From positions 1-64,000 of the forward strand of contig CBEUCH010000014.1 of assembly GCA_965541585.1 (NCBI GenBank): DNA of 64,000 bases. The letters run 5' to 3'. Shown here piece by piece: positions 29,225 through 41,200 of the stretch. The notes beneath the pieces were generated by a model. The model did not search any database, was not told the DNA's origin, and saw only the letters and a list, made by a program, of their open reading frames with translations. Source of the DNA: an uncultured bacterium. GTDB taxonomy: Bacteria; Zixibacteria; MSB-5A5; UBA10806. The position numbers were made by a program, and so were the translations under genes. Position 1 is the stretch's first letter; each line of letters opens with the position of its first letter.

Positions 29225-30880
29225 ATGGCTGATAATAACAGGGGAACGAAATACATATTCGTAACGGGCGGAGTTGTGTCGTCCCTGGGTAAAGGAATTG
29301 CCGCGGCATCTATCGGGCTGCTTTTGAAATGCAGGGGCTTGAGCGTCAGAATGATGAAATGCGATCCCTATATCAATGTCGACCCGGGAACCATGAATCC
29401 CTTTCAGCATGGGGAGGTATTCGTTCTCGACGACGGTTCCGAGACGGATCTCGACCTGGGCTATTATGAGCGGTTTCTCGACATAAACTTAAATAGCCTT
29501 TCAAATATAACCTCGGGGCAGGTTTACGATGCAGTGATCCAGAGTGAGAGAAGGGGCGTGTATTTAGGCGCCACGGTTCAGGTAATTCCCCATATAACCA
29601 ATGAGATTAAATCGAGGATCAGGCAACTGGCCGAGACGCCGGAGCCGGCGGACGTGGTCATCATAGAGATCGGCGGGACCGTCGGTGATATCGAGTCTCT
29701 GCCATTCCTTGAGGCTATCAGACAGATGGCGCTCGAGGAGGATGACTCAGACACGCTATTTATACATTTGACTCTGGTCCCCTATATAGAGGGCGCGGGT
29801 GAGTTGAAGACGAAACCGACCCAGCATTCGGTAAAGGCTTTGCGAGAGATCGGGATAGATGCGGATATATTGATATGCCGCAGCTCCCGGCCTTTAACAC
29901 GCGATGCCAAGAAGAAAATCGGCCTGTTCTGCAATGTGCCGCCGGAGGCGGTGATTCAGGATCTCGATGTAGAGTCGATCTATGAGCTTCCTATCGAATT
30001 CCACAAGGAGCTTGTAGATAATATCCTGGTTCATTATCTGAAGCTGCTATGCAAGGATCTCGATATATCGCAATGGGCGTCAATGGTTCAGCGTTTGAAG
30101 AACCCGGAGCATAAGGTGAAGATAGGCATCTGCGGGAAGTATATCGATTTAAAGGATGCCTATAAATCTATAATTGAGTCATTTGTGCATGCCGGCACGG
30201 TCCATAAATCGTCGGTAAGCCTCAAGTGGATATCATCGGAAGGGATCTCCGAAGATGGAGCCGAAGCTCACCTATCCGATATCGACGGGCTCCTGGTTCC
30301 GGGGGGGTTCGGGGAACGGGGGATCGAGGGGAAAATCGAAGCGGTCAGGTATGTTCGAGAGAATAATATACCGTTTTTGGGCATATGCCTGGGTTTGCAG
30401 TGCGCGGTAGTGGATTTCGCCAGGAACGTGGCCGGGCTGAAGCATGCCAATTCCTCGGAATTCGACAATAAGACGGCGCATCCTGTCATAGATCTCATGG
30501 ACGAACAAAAAGGCGTAACCGACAAGGGGGGGACCATGAGGCTTGGCAGTTATCCATGCAGAATTGTCCCGGCGACCCTGGCGCACAAACTTTATGGAGC
30601 TGTAAATATTAAGGAACGTCACCGCCACCGTTACGAGGTCAACAACGAGTACAGGGAGAATCTGGGCTCGGCGGGCATGGTTCTATCGGGCCTTTCGCCG
30701 GACGGAAACCTGGTGGAGATAATTGAGCTGCCGTCCCACCCCTTTTTCATAGCCTGCCAGTTTCATCCGGAATTGAAATCCCATCCCATGAATCCTCATC
30801 CGCTGTTCGCAGGGCTCGTGGGTGCTGCGCTCGAATATAAGCAGGTCAGTAGCAAGGCCGCTGAGAAAGTAGAAAAGTAG
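29225..30880 (+). CDS. pyrG: CTP synthase
   Basis: [35 protein letters not shown] and QFHPE motifs. Confidence 0.98.
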   Translation: MADNNRGTKYIFVTGGVVSSLGKGIAAASIGLLLKCRGLSVRMMKCDPYINVDPGTMNPFQHGEVFVLDDGSETDLDLGYYERFLDINLNSLSNITSGQVYDAVIQSERRGVYLGATVQVIPHITNEIKSRIRQLAETPEPADVVIIEIGGTVGDIESLPFLEAIRQMALEEDDSDTLFIHLTLVPYIEGAGELKTKPTQHSVKALREIGIDADILICRSSRPLTRDAKKKIGLFCNVPPEAVIQDLDVESIYELPIEFHKELVDNILVHYLKLLCKDLDISQWASMVQRLKNPEHKVKIGICGKYIDLKDAYKSIIESFVHAGTVHKSSVSLKWISSEGISEDGAEAHLSDIDGLLVPGGFGERGIEGKIEAVRYVRENNIPFLGICLGLQCAVVDFARNVAGLKHANSSEFDNKTAHPVIDLMDEQKGVTDKGGTMRLGSYPCRIVPATLAHKLYGAVNIKERHRHRYEVNNEYRENLGSAGMVLSGLSPDGNLVEIIELPSHPFFIACQFHPELKSHPMNPHPLFAGLVGAALEYKQVSSKAAEKVEK

Positions 30881-30894
30881 CCGGGGGGCTGATT

Positions 30895-31320
30895 TTGAAA
30901 TCTATTCGAGAATTAATCTCCGGGATTCTAATGCTTACGTTCGCCGGCGTGCTGGCCTGGTTTGGCTGTAAAGGGCCGGATAATACCGCAGATGATAAAA
31001 TTCCGTTACCCTTCCCGGATGAGAGGATGTCTAAATTTTACCAGAGCCGCGTCGATTCCTCCGAATTCGAGTGGTTTACCGATGTCAAGGCCGCGGCATC
31101 ATCCTTCATAAACGAAATGGATTTTGTTGAGGGTGGAATTTCGACAACGGATGTCGTGATTCTGGGGGAAGGATTGTTCCATGCTAAAGTCGAGGTGGAG
31201 CTTCCTGACAAGATCATGGTGCTGACAATGGAGAGACCGTACAAGCACAAGGGCAAGAATTCTATCTGGCAGGTAATGGGGGTAGAAGAGAAGGAATGGC
31301 CGAAAAGAAAGTCGGAATAG
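30895..31320 (+). CDS. Hypothetical lipoprotein
   Basis: Hydrophobic leader ending FGC. Packed between pyrG and kdsA. Confidence 0.65.
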   Translation: MKSIRELISGILMLTFAGVLAWFGCKGPDNTADDKIPLPFPDERMSKFYQSRVDSSEFEWFTDVKAAASSFINEMDFVEGGISTTDVVILGEGLFHAKVEVELPDKIMVLTMERPYKHKGKNSIWQVMGVEEKEWPKRKSE

Positions 31321-32108
31321 GCAATGTGACGGTTGGAGGCGACCAGTTGGCGCTTATAGCTGGGCCGTGCGCCGTAGAGTCTGAGGATATAACATTTAAA
31401 GCAGCAGAGACGGTTGCTGCGGTCCGCGATAAGTACAAGATTCCGGTAATATTCAAATCGTCGTATATGAAAGCCAATCGCTTGTCGGGGCAGTCGTTTT
31501 CCACCATGGGGATTGGCAAGGCGCTCTCCATTTTGCAGGATGTAAAAGGGAAATTCAATCTCCCTATCCTGACCGATATTCACAGCGTGGAGGAGATCGA
31601 ACTGGTCTCCGATATCGCCGATTGCCTGCAGATACCGGCTTTTCTTTGCCGCCAGACCGAGCTTGTTATGGCGGCTGCGAAGACGATGCTGCCATTGAAT
31701 ATCAAAAAGGGTCAGTTCCTGGCGCCGGAGGATATGAAACCTATTGCCGAGAAGGTCACCGCTACCGGCAACTCTAAGGTTCTGCTAACCGAACGGGGCA
31801 CCAGTTTCGGATACCACGATCTGGTGGTTGATTTCCGAGGTCTTCTGATCATGGCCGAACTGGGTTTCCCGGTGGTGTTCGATTGTACCCATTCGGTTCA
31901 AAAACCGGGAGCGGCGGGAGGCTCCTCCGGCGGCGATCCCAGGTTTATCATTCCGCTGGCGCGTGCAGCAGTGGCAGTTGGTGTCGATGCCATTTTTGTG
32001 GAGACGCATCCCGAACCGTCGAAAGCGCTATCTGACAAAGAATGCCAGCTGCCTACGGATAAACTTGCTGAGTTGGTGGAGAGCATTCTGGAGATAAGAG
32101 CAGTTTAG
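31296..32108 (+). CDS. kdsA: Kdo-8-phosphate synthase
   Basis: IAGPC, KANR, QIPAFLCRQT, KKGQF, ERG, DCTHSVQ and ETHPEP motifs. Confidence 0.96.
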   Translation: MAEKKVGIGNVTVGGDQLALIAGPCAVESEDITFKAAETVAAVRDKYKIPVIFKSSYMKANRLSGQSFSTMGIGKALSILQDVKGKFNLPILTDIHSVEEIELVSDIADCLQIPAFLCRQTELVMAAAKTMLPLNIKKGQFLAPEDMKPIAEKVTATGNSKVLLTERGTSFGYHDLVVDFRGLLIMAELGFPVVFDCTHSVQKPGAAGGSSGGDPRFIIPLARAAVAVGVDAIFVETHPEPSKALSDKECQLPTDKLAELVESILEIRAV

Positions 32109-32123
32109 AGTATAGAGGGGATC

Positions 32124-32594
32124 ATGCCATCCAAAAAATCCTGGCGTGAGAAGCTGGCCGATAGCAAGGATCTGCCTAAAATCCAGAAGGTCGAGGGGAA
32201 AATGTCCAGGCGCTGGGGCGAGGGGACATTCGTTATCCCTGCACCGGTGGAGGTTAATGAAATGATGCGCCGGGTTCCCAAGGGGAAGCTGGTCACCATT
32301 AATGAGATCCGGGCCAAGCTGGCAAAGAAGCATCGGGTAAACTTCGGGTGCCCAATCACCACAGGAATCTTTGCCTGGATCGCGGCCAACGCCGCCGAAG
32401 AGATGGCCGCCGAGGGGAAAAAGAGGATCACGCCCTATTGGCGGACTCTCAAAGCCGGCGGCGAGCTCAATCCCAAATACCCGGGCGGGATCAGGAATAT
32501 CAGATCGCGTTTGAAGGCTGAGGGCCATAAGGTCGTCAGCAAAGGCAAGAAGTTTGTCGTCGAAGATTACGAGAAAGCGCTGGTAATGATTTAG
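32124..32594 (+). CDS. MGMT/ATL-like DNA-binding protein
   Basis: VPKGKLVT, CPITTGIF, TPYWRTLK and LNPKYPGG motifs. No PCHR active site. Confidence 0.7.
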   Translation: MPSKKSWREKLADSKDLPKIQKVEGKMSRRWGEGTFVIPAPVEVNEMMRRVPKGKLVTINEIRAKLAKKHRVNFGCPITTGIFAWIAANAAEEMAAEGKKRITPYWRTLKAGGELNPKYPGGIRNIRSRLKAEGHKVVSKGKKFVVEDYEKALVMI

Positions 32595-32734
32595 CCGTAT
32601 TTCATTTGCTTTTTTTATCCCGTGATTTTCCCCGGCGAACGCATTAGCATCTTATCGTGAATCATGGTAGATCCAGCTTCCACCATTATATGAGCGCTTG
32701 ACACTTTTTTGCCTTAGAGGTTATTTTGACAATA

Positions 32735-34276
32735 ATGAAAAAACTCAATTCCAGCCTTTTAATATTCATTATTTTTCTGCTCTTTTTTCTGGCAGTACAA
32801 AATGCCGACCAGCAGGTAGATTCATACTCTTTCGTTCTGGACGCCCGAAATGGAGAGGGTTTATTTCATCCACACCACCTGCTTTATAACGTTTTCCGAT
32901 ATGCCCTGTACCAGGCATCGATATCAGTGGACATGGATGCGATGAAAGTCCTGTCTATTGCCAATTCCCTGTTCGGCGCGCTTTCGTTGGCGTTTATATT
33001 TATGATCGTAAGAACTAGAACATCTTCCACTTTAGCCCTGACGGCGTCAGTGGCGGTGGGATTTCTATATTCCTTCTGGTATTTTTCAACATCGGTCGAA
33101 GTTAACATTACATCGCTGATGTTTTTGTGCCTTGCGCTCTATTATCTGTCTGCCAAACCACCCAATGAAAAAAACACCATGGCCGTTTTCGCGTTTATAA
33201 CGGCCGGAATACTCTTCCACCAGCATATGGTATTGGCCGTAATACCTATTCTGCTTTACGAGGCCCACCGGCATCGATCTTTTGCGCTGGCCGTGAGGTA
33301 TTCCATGCCGAGCTTTGTGACGGGAGCGCTGATATATCTCATCATAGGAATAATCGAGGCGCCGGATAAAAGCATCGGAGGCCTGTATAGATGGTTGACG
33401 CTATACACCCACTTAGGCCATTGGGGAAAGCTCCGGTGGACAAACTTCCTGACCAGCCTGTGGGGAGTTGCCAAATCGGTCTTTGGCGGGGACAACCTGA
33501 GGCAGGTATTTTACAGTGACAACTTAGCGGTGTCAAACGTGATATACATCGTAGCGGCGGCTCTGTCATCTATGGGATTTCTTCTGCTTCTGGTCTCAGC
33601 TTTTCGTCATTTTTCGAAAAAGAGGAATTCATTTGAGTGGCTGTTATTGTCACTGGCGGTAATTTTCGTAGTTTTCGCATTCTGGTGGGCACCCACTGAT
33701 TCTGGTTTCTGGCTATATCCAGTTGTGCTGTTTCTTCTGTTCATCATCATGGCGGTCAGCGAGAATTATCGGATGAAAAGAGTATTATATCTCGCCGTAG
33801 TGCTGCTGGTCACGATTAATACCTTCTATGAAATAGTATCGTCATCGGTGGCGAAAAAGTCAATTGCCCGGCAGGGGGCCGAAGCTTTGAGCAGACTCGA
33901 GCTTACCCCGGATGATCTGCTGTTGACCAATCTCGGGCGGATACCTCTAGCGCTCGATTATCACTATGGGATAAAAGTGCCATCTACCGGCCTGGCCTTT
34001 CTGGAAGAGGGTGAAAATGACGAGACCGTCAAAGAATACCACAGGCTGATTGGACAGAATCGAGGAAGAGTCATCATATTCGAGAATGAGATCAGCCCCG
34101 AAGCGCATCGACGCTTCCTGTTCGAGAGGTTTTCGGTGGAAGATTATTCCAACGTATATAGCCGATACATTCCTCTTTTAATACCCCTCGATTCCATCGC
34201 GGTTTATGGCAAGAAAGTAAAAATATATCAAATCCGCAACAATGTGACTAAGGGTGATGGAATTCTCTCTCAATAG
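32735..34276 (+). CDS. GT-C-like polytopic membrane protein (DUF2723/PMT-like)
   Basis: About 11 TM segments; DSYS, HPHHLLY and FWYFSTSVEV motifs. ATG 32735 preferred over TTG 32726. Confidence 0.6.
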   Translation: MKKLNSSLLIFIIFLLFFLAVQNADQQVDSYSFVLDARNGEGLFHPHHLLYNVFRYALYQASISVDMDAMKVLSIANSLFGALSLAFIFMIVRTRTSSTLALTASVAVGFLYSFWYFSTSVEVNITSLMFLCLALYYLSAKPPNEKNTMAVFAFITAGILFHQHMVLAVIPILLYEAHRHRSFALAVRYSMPSFVTGALIYLIIGIIEAPDKSIGGLYRWLTLYTHLGHWGKLRWTNFLTSLWGVAKSVFGGDNLRQVFYSDNLAVSNVIYIVAAALSSMGFLLLLVSAFRHFSKKRNSFEWLLLSLAVIFVVFAFWWAPTDSGFWLYPVVLFLLFIIMAVSENYRMKRVLYLAVVLLVTINTFYEIVSSSVAKKSIARQGAEALSRLELTPDDLLLTNLGRIPLALDYHYGIKVPSTGLAFLEEGENDETVKEYHRLIGQNRGRVIIFENEISPEAHRRFLFERFSVEDYSNVYSRYIPLLIPLDSIAVYGKKVKIYQIRNNVTKGDGILSQ

Positions 34277-34413
34277 ATTTGCGGCCTGGAGTACCGAGAA
34301 CGATCGGAATTTCCTTCGGGTAGCAGTAAAATGGCCACCCGAGGGGCAAATCTATCCCGCCACCCCCGCCTTTTCTATTGACTAAGTGCATCAGTATAAA
34401 TTAATTCTCTACT

Positions 34414-34947
34414 ATGCGGAAAGCGGTGCATAAGAATCTGAAGTCGAAGCTTAAGAAGATCGAGCTTTTCGTTTTCGATGTCGATGGCGTTCTCACCGAC
34501 AACACCGTCTGGATGGGAGGCGACGGTGATGAATACAAGCGGTTCAATATCGCTGACGGTATGGCGGTTTATATCGCCCGGCGGGCGGGGATACCCACGG
34601 CGTTTGTCTCGGGCCGAAAATCTAAAGCCACCACCGCACGGGCACGGGAGTTGAAGATAAAAGACCTTTTCCAGGAGGCCGGGCCGAAACGGGTGCCGTT
34701 TGAAAAGCTTCTGAAGAAATATAAACTGGTTGCCGAACAGGTGGCGTTCATGGGCGATGACGTTATCGATGTGGCGGTGATGAGAATGGCCGGCATCGCG
34801 GTCACCGTGCCGCATGCACCCTCATATGTCAGAAGATACGCTGATATCGTGACCAAACGGCGGGCCGGTATGGGTGCGGCGAGAGAATTGGTGGACATGG
34901 TGTTGAAGGCGAAAGGACTGGATCCGGTTGAACTCACTTATAGATAA
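34414..34947 (+). CDS. kdsC: Kdo-8-phosphate phosphatase
   Basis: FDVDGVLTD, GDDVID and GMGAARE motifs. Confidence 0.93.
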   Translation: MRKAVHKNLKSKLKKIELFVFDVDGVLTDNTVWMGGDGDEYKRFNIADGMAVYIARRAGIPTAFVSGRKSKATTARARELKIKDLFQEAGPKRVPFEKLLKKYKLVAEQVAFMGDDVIDVAVMRMAGIAVTVPHAPSYVRRYADIVTKRRAGMGAARELVDMVLKAKGLDPVELTYR

Positions 34948-35890
34948 GGCCAGAGAGGTTATTCTCAAAGAGGCCGAGGCCCTGCAGGAAATGGCCGGAC
35001 GGCTTGACGGGAGTTTCGTCAAGGCTGTTGATCTTCTATTCAAAGCGAAAGGCAGGGTTATAATCGCCGGCATCGGTAAGTCGGGGCAGGTGGCCAGGAA
35101 GATTGCGGCGACGCTCTCGTCCACAGGGACACCGGCGTTTTTCATTCATCCCACCGAAGGTGTTCACGGCGATATCGGCATGGTGCTGGGTGGTGATGTG
35201 GCAATTCTGATCAGCAAATCAGGCGATACCGAGGAGCTTTTAAGGCTTCTGCCTATTTTCAAACGCCTGGAGGTACCCGCCATAGCGCTTACCGGCAGCA
35301 ACGGTTCCCCGCTGGCTCAGCAATCCGATGTCGTCCTCGATACGTCTGTAAAGAGTGAAGCCTGCCGCTTGAATCTGGTTCCGACATCATCGGCCACCGC
35401 CGCCCTGGTCATGGGGGATGCTCTGGCTGTAGTGCTGGTGGAATTACGAGGCTTCACGGTCGATGATTTTTCATTCATTCATCCCGGCGGCGCTTTAGGA
35501 CGGAAACTCATCAAGGTCGGCGATCTGATGCATACCGGAGATGAACTGCCGATTGTCAGGGATGATGCCAGTTTCAAGGATATGCTGGTGGCCATGACAT
35601 CGAGGCGGTTTGGCCTGACGTTGATAGTGAGTGACACCGGAAAACTCATCGGTATTTTCACCGACGGCGATCTCCGTCGCACGGTGGAGGCGCATGACAA
35701 TCCGCTGGATCTGAAGGCCGGTGATATAGCTATTTCAAATCCAAAGAAGATCGGCGCCGATGAACTGGCGGCTACCGCGGTGGCCATTATGGAGGATCAT
35801 AACATAACCAGCCTGGTCATTACCGACGGAGATGGTCGGCCGGTGGGATTGATACACCTCCACGATCTTTTGAAAGCCAAGGTTATCTGA
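34928..35890 (+). CDS. kdsD: Arabinose-5-phosphate isomerase (KpsF/GutQ family)
   Basis: GIGKSG, STGTP, HGDIG, PTSS and HPGG motifs plus a CBS pair. Confidence 0.93.
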   Translation: MNSLIDKAREVILKEAEALQEMAGRLDGSFVKAVDLLFKAKGRVIIAGIGKSGQVARKIAATLSSTGTPAFFIHPTEGVHGDIGMVLGGDVAILISKSGDTEELLRLLPIFKRLEVPAIALTGSNGSPLAQQSDVVLDTSVKSEACRLNLVPTSSATAALVMGDALAVVLVELRGFTVDDFSFIHPGGALGRKLIKVGDLMHTGDELPIVRDDASFKDMLVAMTSRRFGLTLIVSDTGKLIGIFTDGDLRRTVEAHDNPLDLKAGDIAISNPKKIGADELAATAVAIMEDHNITSLVITDGDGRPVGLIHLHDLLKAKVI

Positions 35891-36843
35891 TGTCGAATCT
35901 GCGGCAGATCAAGAATGATATTATATATATATTGATAAGAGCGCTTATATTCTTACTTGAGAATATGCCTCGCAATGCGGCCCTGAGATTCGCCGGCATG
36001 ATAGGTGAGATTGCTGCTATGATCGATGTCAGGGAGCGAAAAATAGCCGAGGAAAACCTCCGGCGTATATACGGCGGGAAATGGAGCGATACTAAGATTA
36101 AGCTTGTAGCCAGAGAATGTTTTGTTAAGATAGCCTTGAACGCCGCGGATGTGATTCAATCGAGGAATTGGACGCCTGATGATCTTGAGAAGCTGGTTGA
36201 CGTGGAGGGCATTGAGCATTTTGACAGGGCATTCGAAAGAGGCAAGGGAGTGGTAGCAATAACGGGCCATATCGGTAATTTTGAGCTGCTGGCCGCCTGG
36301 TTCGCCGCCGTAAAAAAAATCCCCCTCTCGGTTATCGGTAGGAGGCTTTACGATGACAGGCTGGATCAACTGGTAGTGCAAAACCGGCAGCGGTTCGGAA
36401 TAGAGAATATACCGTCGGATGCATCCGCGAAGACGGTTTTCTCGGCTTTGAGGGTGGGCCGGATGCTGGGCGTGCTTATCGACCTGGACTCCTCGAAAAT
36501 CGCCGGAGAATTTGTTCCCTTTTTCGGTATTCCCGCCAGGACGGCATCCGGACCGATAGTCATCGGCCGCAGGACAGCAAGCCCCGTGGTCCCCATGGCC
36601 ATGTTCCGAACCGAAGACGATCGTTTCAAAATAAAGATCCTGGCATCATTTGATATAGCGCATACCGGGGATAAAGAGGCCGATGTTCTCGAAGCGCTCA
36701 GCAAATGCAATAGAGCGCTGGAGGAACTGATAAATCTCGATCCTACCCAATGGCCCTGGATTCATGACCGCTGGAAATCAAAACCTTCCGGGGTTAACGG
36801 CGTAAAAGAGAAACCGGAGGAGGTAGGATTATCAGCAGGCTGA
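35890..36843 (+). CDS. Lipid A late acyltransferase (LpxL/HtrB family)
   Basis: HIGNFE, VPFFG and QWPWIHDRWK motifs. Confidence 0.88.
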   Translation: MSNLRQIKNDIIYILIRALIFLLENMPRNAALRFAGMIGEIAAMIDVRERKIAEENLRRIYGGKWSDTKIKLVARECFVKIALNAADVIQSRNWTPDDLEKLVDVEGIEHFDRAFERGKGVVAITGHIGNFELLAAWFAAVKKIPLSVIGRRLYDDRLDQLVVQNRQRFGIENIPSDASAKTVFSALRVGRMLGVLIDLDSSKIAGEFVPFFGIPARTASGPIVIGRRTASPVVPMAMFRTEDDRFKIKILASFDIAHTGDKEADVLEALSKCNRALEELINLDPTQWPWIHDRWKSKPSGVNGVKEKPEEVGLSAG

Positions 36844-36845
36844 TT

Positions 36846-37415
36846 TTGAATATCTTTCTGGTTCTCACAACGGCGGCCGCCTGCAGCAAAACTGAAAGGC
36901 AGCCGGAAGAGCCTCTGGATGAAAAAATACCGGATTCGGTTATCCAGAACGCTACAATAGCTTTGACCTCCGAGGGATTAAAAGAGGCTGTGATTTTCGC
37001 TGATACGTTGACTGTTTTCGACCGGGAGGATTCCACGATTGCCGTAGGGGTCAAGGTCGATTTTTACGATGAGAACGGCGAATATCAATCTACACTGACC
37101 TCGAAAGAGGGTCTGGTAAGGCAGACGAGGCGTGAGTTTTGGGTACGGGGCGACGTTGTTGTCGTCAGCGATTCATCGCGGCTCGAGACTGAATCGCTGA
37201 AGTGGGATCCGGTGCAAAAACTGATTACCACCGATGATTTCGTAAGACTTCACAGGGGAAAAGACATTATTACCGGCTACGGAATGGAGGCCGATAGCAG
37301 GCTTGAGAATGTGAGAATCCTCCGGGATATTAAAGGCAGCATAACGGATATTCCTCAAAGCGAGGAAGAGTTGGATGAACTCGAAGGAGACGAGGGCGGG
37401 GGGAATCTTCCATGA
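36846..37415 (+). CDS. lptC: LPS export protein LptC (start uncertain)
   Basis: [23 protein letters not shown] and ITGYGMEAD motifs. Directly before lptB. Confidence 0.85.
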   Translation: MNIFLVLTTAAACSKTERQPEEPLDEKIPDSVIQNATIALTSEGLKEAVIFADTLTVFDREDSTIAVGVKVDFYDENGEYQSTLTSKEGLVRQTRREFWVRGDVVVVSDSSRLETESLKWDPVQKLITTDDFVRLHRGKDIITGYGMEADSRLENVRILRDIKGSITDIPQSEEELDELEGDEGGGNLP

Positions 37416-38170
37416 TGGCCGTAACTGAAGGCGGAAACATTAATTCGTCCCGGCTGAGATCCGAGGAGCTTCTTAAGATTTACCGAAAGCGCCGCGTTGT
37501 CGACGGCGTTTCAATATCGGTTTCTTCGGGGGAGATTGTCGGTCTTTTAGGCCCCAATGGCGCCGGGAAAACCACAACGTTCTATATGATTACAGGGTTA
37601 ATCCGTCCCAATGATGGCAAGATTTATATGGACGATGAGGACCTGACCCGGCTCCCGATGTATAAGAGATCTCGCAAGGGAATCGGGTATCTGCCGCAGG
37701 AACCTTCGATATTCAGAAAGCTGAGCGTCGAGCAAAATATAATGGCCATTCTGGAGACGCTGCCGATCTCCCGGAGCGAGCGCAAAGGCCGCCTGGAGAA
37801 ACTGTTAGACGATCTGGACATAAAACCTCTCGCCAGGTCTATGGCCTATAATCTATCAGGTGGCGAGAGACGCCGTGTGGAGATCGCCAGGGCGCTGGTG
37901 ACAGAGCCAAAATTTATGCTGCTGGATGAGCCATTTTCCGGCATCGATCCCATCACCGTCGAGGAGATACAGAGGATAATAGCGGGCCTGAAGGAAAAAG
38001 GGCTCGGTATTTTGATCACCGATCATAACGTCAGGGAGACTCTATCTATCACCGATCGGGCCTACGTTATTTGTGACGGCGAGATTCTCAAAAGCGGCAC
38101 CTCGGAGTTCCTGGCTAATGATCCCGAGGCCAGGAAAATCTATCTTGGTGAAAAATTCAGGTTGAATTAG
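37412..38170 (+). CDS. lptB: LPS export ABC ATPase
   Basis: [29 protein letters not shown] and TDHNVRETL motifs. Confidence 0.97.
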   Translation: MMAVTEGGNINSSRLRSEELLKIYRKRRVVDGVSISVSSGEIVGLLGPNGAGKTTTFYMITGLIRPNDGKIYMDDEDLTRLPMYKRSRKGIGYLPQEPSIFRKLSVEQNIMAILETLPISRSERKGRLEKLLDDLDIKPLARSMAYNLSGGERRRVEIARALVTEPKFMLLDEPFSGIDPITVEEIQRIIAGLKEKGLGILITDHNVRETLSITDRAYVICDGEILKSGTSEFLANDPEARKIYLGEKFRLN

Positions 38171-38288
38171 GGGGGAGTCGTGCCCGGCTGTTACAGTCTT
38201 AACCATATAAAGGAAAATTGTGTTGATCCGCTATTTAACGTATTCGCAATTGGTGGCTTAATTTTTCCTAGATAATTTCGGGAGGGAC

Positions 38289-41200
38289 ATGTTACTAACA
38301 GAAAATCAACTTGATGAGTGGGTACGAGCCAATTCGCGCGATGCTCAGGGGGTAATCGTTGAGCTTATATGGCGGTTGGTGGTCGGATCTTGTCCCCGTC
38401 CTCCCGAGCGGCGATTTCCGCTGGGCGACAGCATCAATCAGCCGGGTCCCGACGGTTTCCTAAATACGGATATGGCATATGAGCCTTTTGTACCGTTGGG
38501 AAAATCTTTTTGGGAAATCGGTACAGGTTTAAACGCAGCCAGTAAGGCGACTTCGGACTATAACGACCGTACAGCTGACACACCTGGAGAAATCCGAAAA
38601 GAATCTGCGTTTATTTTTGTTACGCCCTTGTCGGCAACACGGGATTGGAAATACACATGGAAGGAAGGATCTCAAGCTTCTTGGATTGAGAAACGGGCCA
38701 AGAAGAAAGAATGGAAAGAGATTCGTGTGATAGATGGCACCAAACTAATAGATTGGTTGCGACAATTCCCCGCTGCTGAATTGTGGATGTCGGCCAATAT
38801 GGGTATTCCTGCAGACGGAATGGAAACGATAGAGCAAAGTTGGGGATTGCTGCGAAACATTGGTGCGCCTCCTCCATTATTACCTGATGTTTTTCTTGGG
38901 AATCGAGATGACGCGTGTGTCAAACTTAAGGAATTTTTTTCACGCACTCAACTGCAACTCAAACTTGAGTCGCATTTCCCCTATCAGATTGTCCAATTTG
39001 TCGCTGCTTACGTGGCGAATATGGAAGACAATTTTCGAGTCGAAATTATCGGCCGCTGCGCGGTAGTCTCGAATATTAAAGCGTGGAATGCTATTATGGA
39101 ACTCAAGGACAAGCATTTTTTGGTGGCCGATCCTAGTCTTGATTTAACAAGTGAAGTTGGTATGAAATTGATAGAGAAAGCTCGCATGGCAGGTCACTTT
39201 GTTGTCTACGGTGCAGCACCAGGGGGCATTCCACATCCAAATACCGCCAAAATCCCTAATCCAAGAGATTATCAGATTCGAGAAGCCTTGATAAAATCTG
39301 GTTATAAAGAGGAGCGAGCACGAACAATTGCCCAGAAAAGCGGCGGGAATCTTGGCTCTTTGCTTCGATGCTTACAGAATTTGTCTTTGATGCCAGAATG
39401 GGCAGAACGAACCACGGCGGCGGAACTGGCCATTGCCGAAATTCTGGGAAGCTGGGATGAGAGCTCTAAAGCGGATATAACAGCGGCCGAGAGATTATCG
39501 GGAAAAGCATACGGGGAGTGGATCGAGACGATACGTGAAATCATACTTCGTCCGGGCACTCCCCTAATTCAGAGGGATTCTATTTGGAAGTTTATTGCCC
39601 GGTATGAAGGATGGTATGCTTTAGGGCCGCGTCTGTTTGACAAGCATTTAGATTTAATTCTAAAAGAATCGGTTAGAATTTTGAAAGAAGCTGATCCTAA
39701 ATTCGATTTGCCACGTGAAGAACAATTTACTGCCAGTATTCATGGAAAAGTCCTCTCGCATTCGACTGCGCTGCGAAACGGTCTCGCAGATTGTCTTGCG
39801 CTGCTGGGAAGTCACCCTAAAGCTCTCTTATCATGTACTTTAGGCAAACCCGAATCCACTGCCGCGCTTGCGGTTCGCGGAATTCTATCGGGAACTGATT
39901 GGAAATTATGGGCCAGTTTGAATGATCAATTGCCCTTACTTGCTGAGGCATCTCCTGATGAGTTTCTTGACGCTGTCGAAAAAGCGTTAAGCAGTGATCC
40001 ATGTCCATTTGATAAAGTGTTCGAGCAAGAAGGTTCGGGTGTTATGGACTGGAATTATATGACCGGTTTACTTTGGGCGTTGGAGACACTGGCTTGGAGC
40101 GAGGTATATTTGGCTCGAGCAACTGTAATTTTGGGTGAGCTTGCCGTACGTGATCCCGGAGGAAATTGGGCAAACCGTCCGTCCAATTCTCTAACGACGA
40201 TTATGCTCCCGTGGATGCCGCAGACATGTGCTCCCATCGAAAAGAGGATTGGCGCGGTTTCCATATTAATTAAAGAAAAACCGGATATAGCATGGAACTT
40301 ATTATTAAGCCTGCTGCCTAGTTCACATCAAATGTCATCAGGTACAAGAAGACCTGCTTGGCGAGAATTCATACCTGAAAATTGGCCATCTGCCATAACG
40401 CGACAGGAATACGCCGATCAAGTTATTCGTTATACGGATATAGTTATAGAAGCCGCCAAGAATGATCTCTCAAAACTCGCCCAACTTATCGACAGGATCG
40501 AAGATCTGCCATTAGAAGCGCGCAATCGCTTGATTGAACACTTGGACTCCGATTCAATAGCTGATTTGCCGGAGGAAACCAGACTCAAACTATGGGAAGA
40601 ACTAATCGATCTTATTAACAAACATAAGAGGCATGCAGATGCTAAATGGGCGATGGAACAAGATCAAATTGATGTACTTTCCAATATCGCTGGTCGGCTT
40701 GAACCCAGAACCCCGGCCCACCTATACCGACGGTTATTTAGCGAAAGGGATCTTGATTTATATGAAGGGAAGGGAGATTGGCACAAACAGGCTGAAGACT
40801 TGGAAGAACGTCGCCGGAAAGCGGTCGCGCATATATATGAGGAAAACGGCATTGGAACGGTTATTGATTTTGCTAAAAAGGTTGAATCTCCCTGGCGCGT
40901 AGGAATAGCATTGGGAGCTATTTCTCAAGAAGATGCTGATAAGATCATTTTACCTGATTTTATAAATATTGATGACAAGACTCTTATTCAATTTACTGCT
41001 GGTTTTGTTAGAGGAAAATTCAATTGCTGCGGGTGGTCTTGGGTTGATAAGATTAATACTGCAAATTGGTCTAATATTCAAATAGGCCAGTTTCTTGCTT
41101 ATCTACCTTTTGGTCTCGATACATGGAAACGAGCAAAGGATTTTCTCAAAGATGACGAATCTATTTATTGGAACCAGACCAATGCCAATCCATATGAAAC

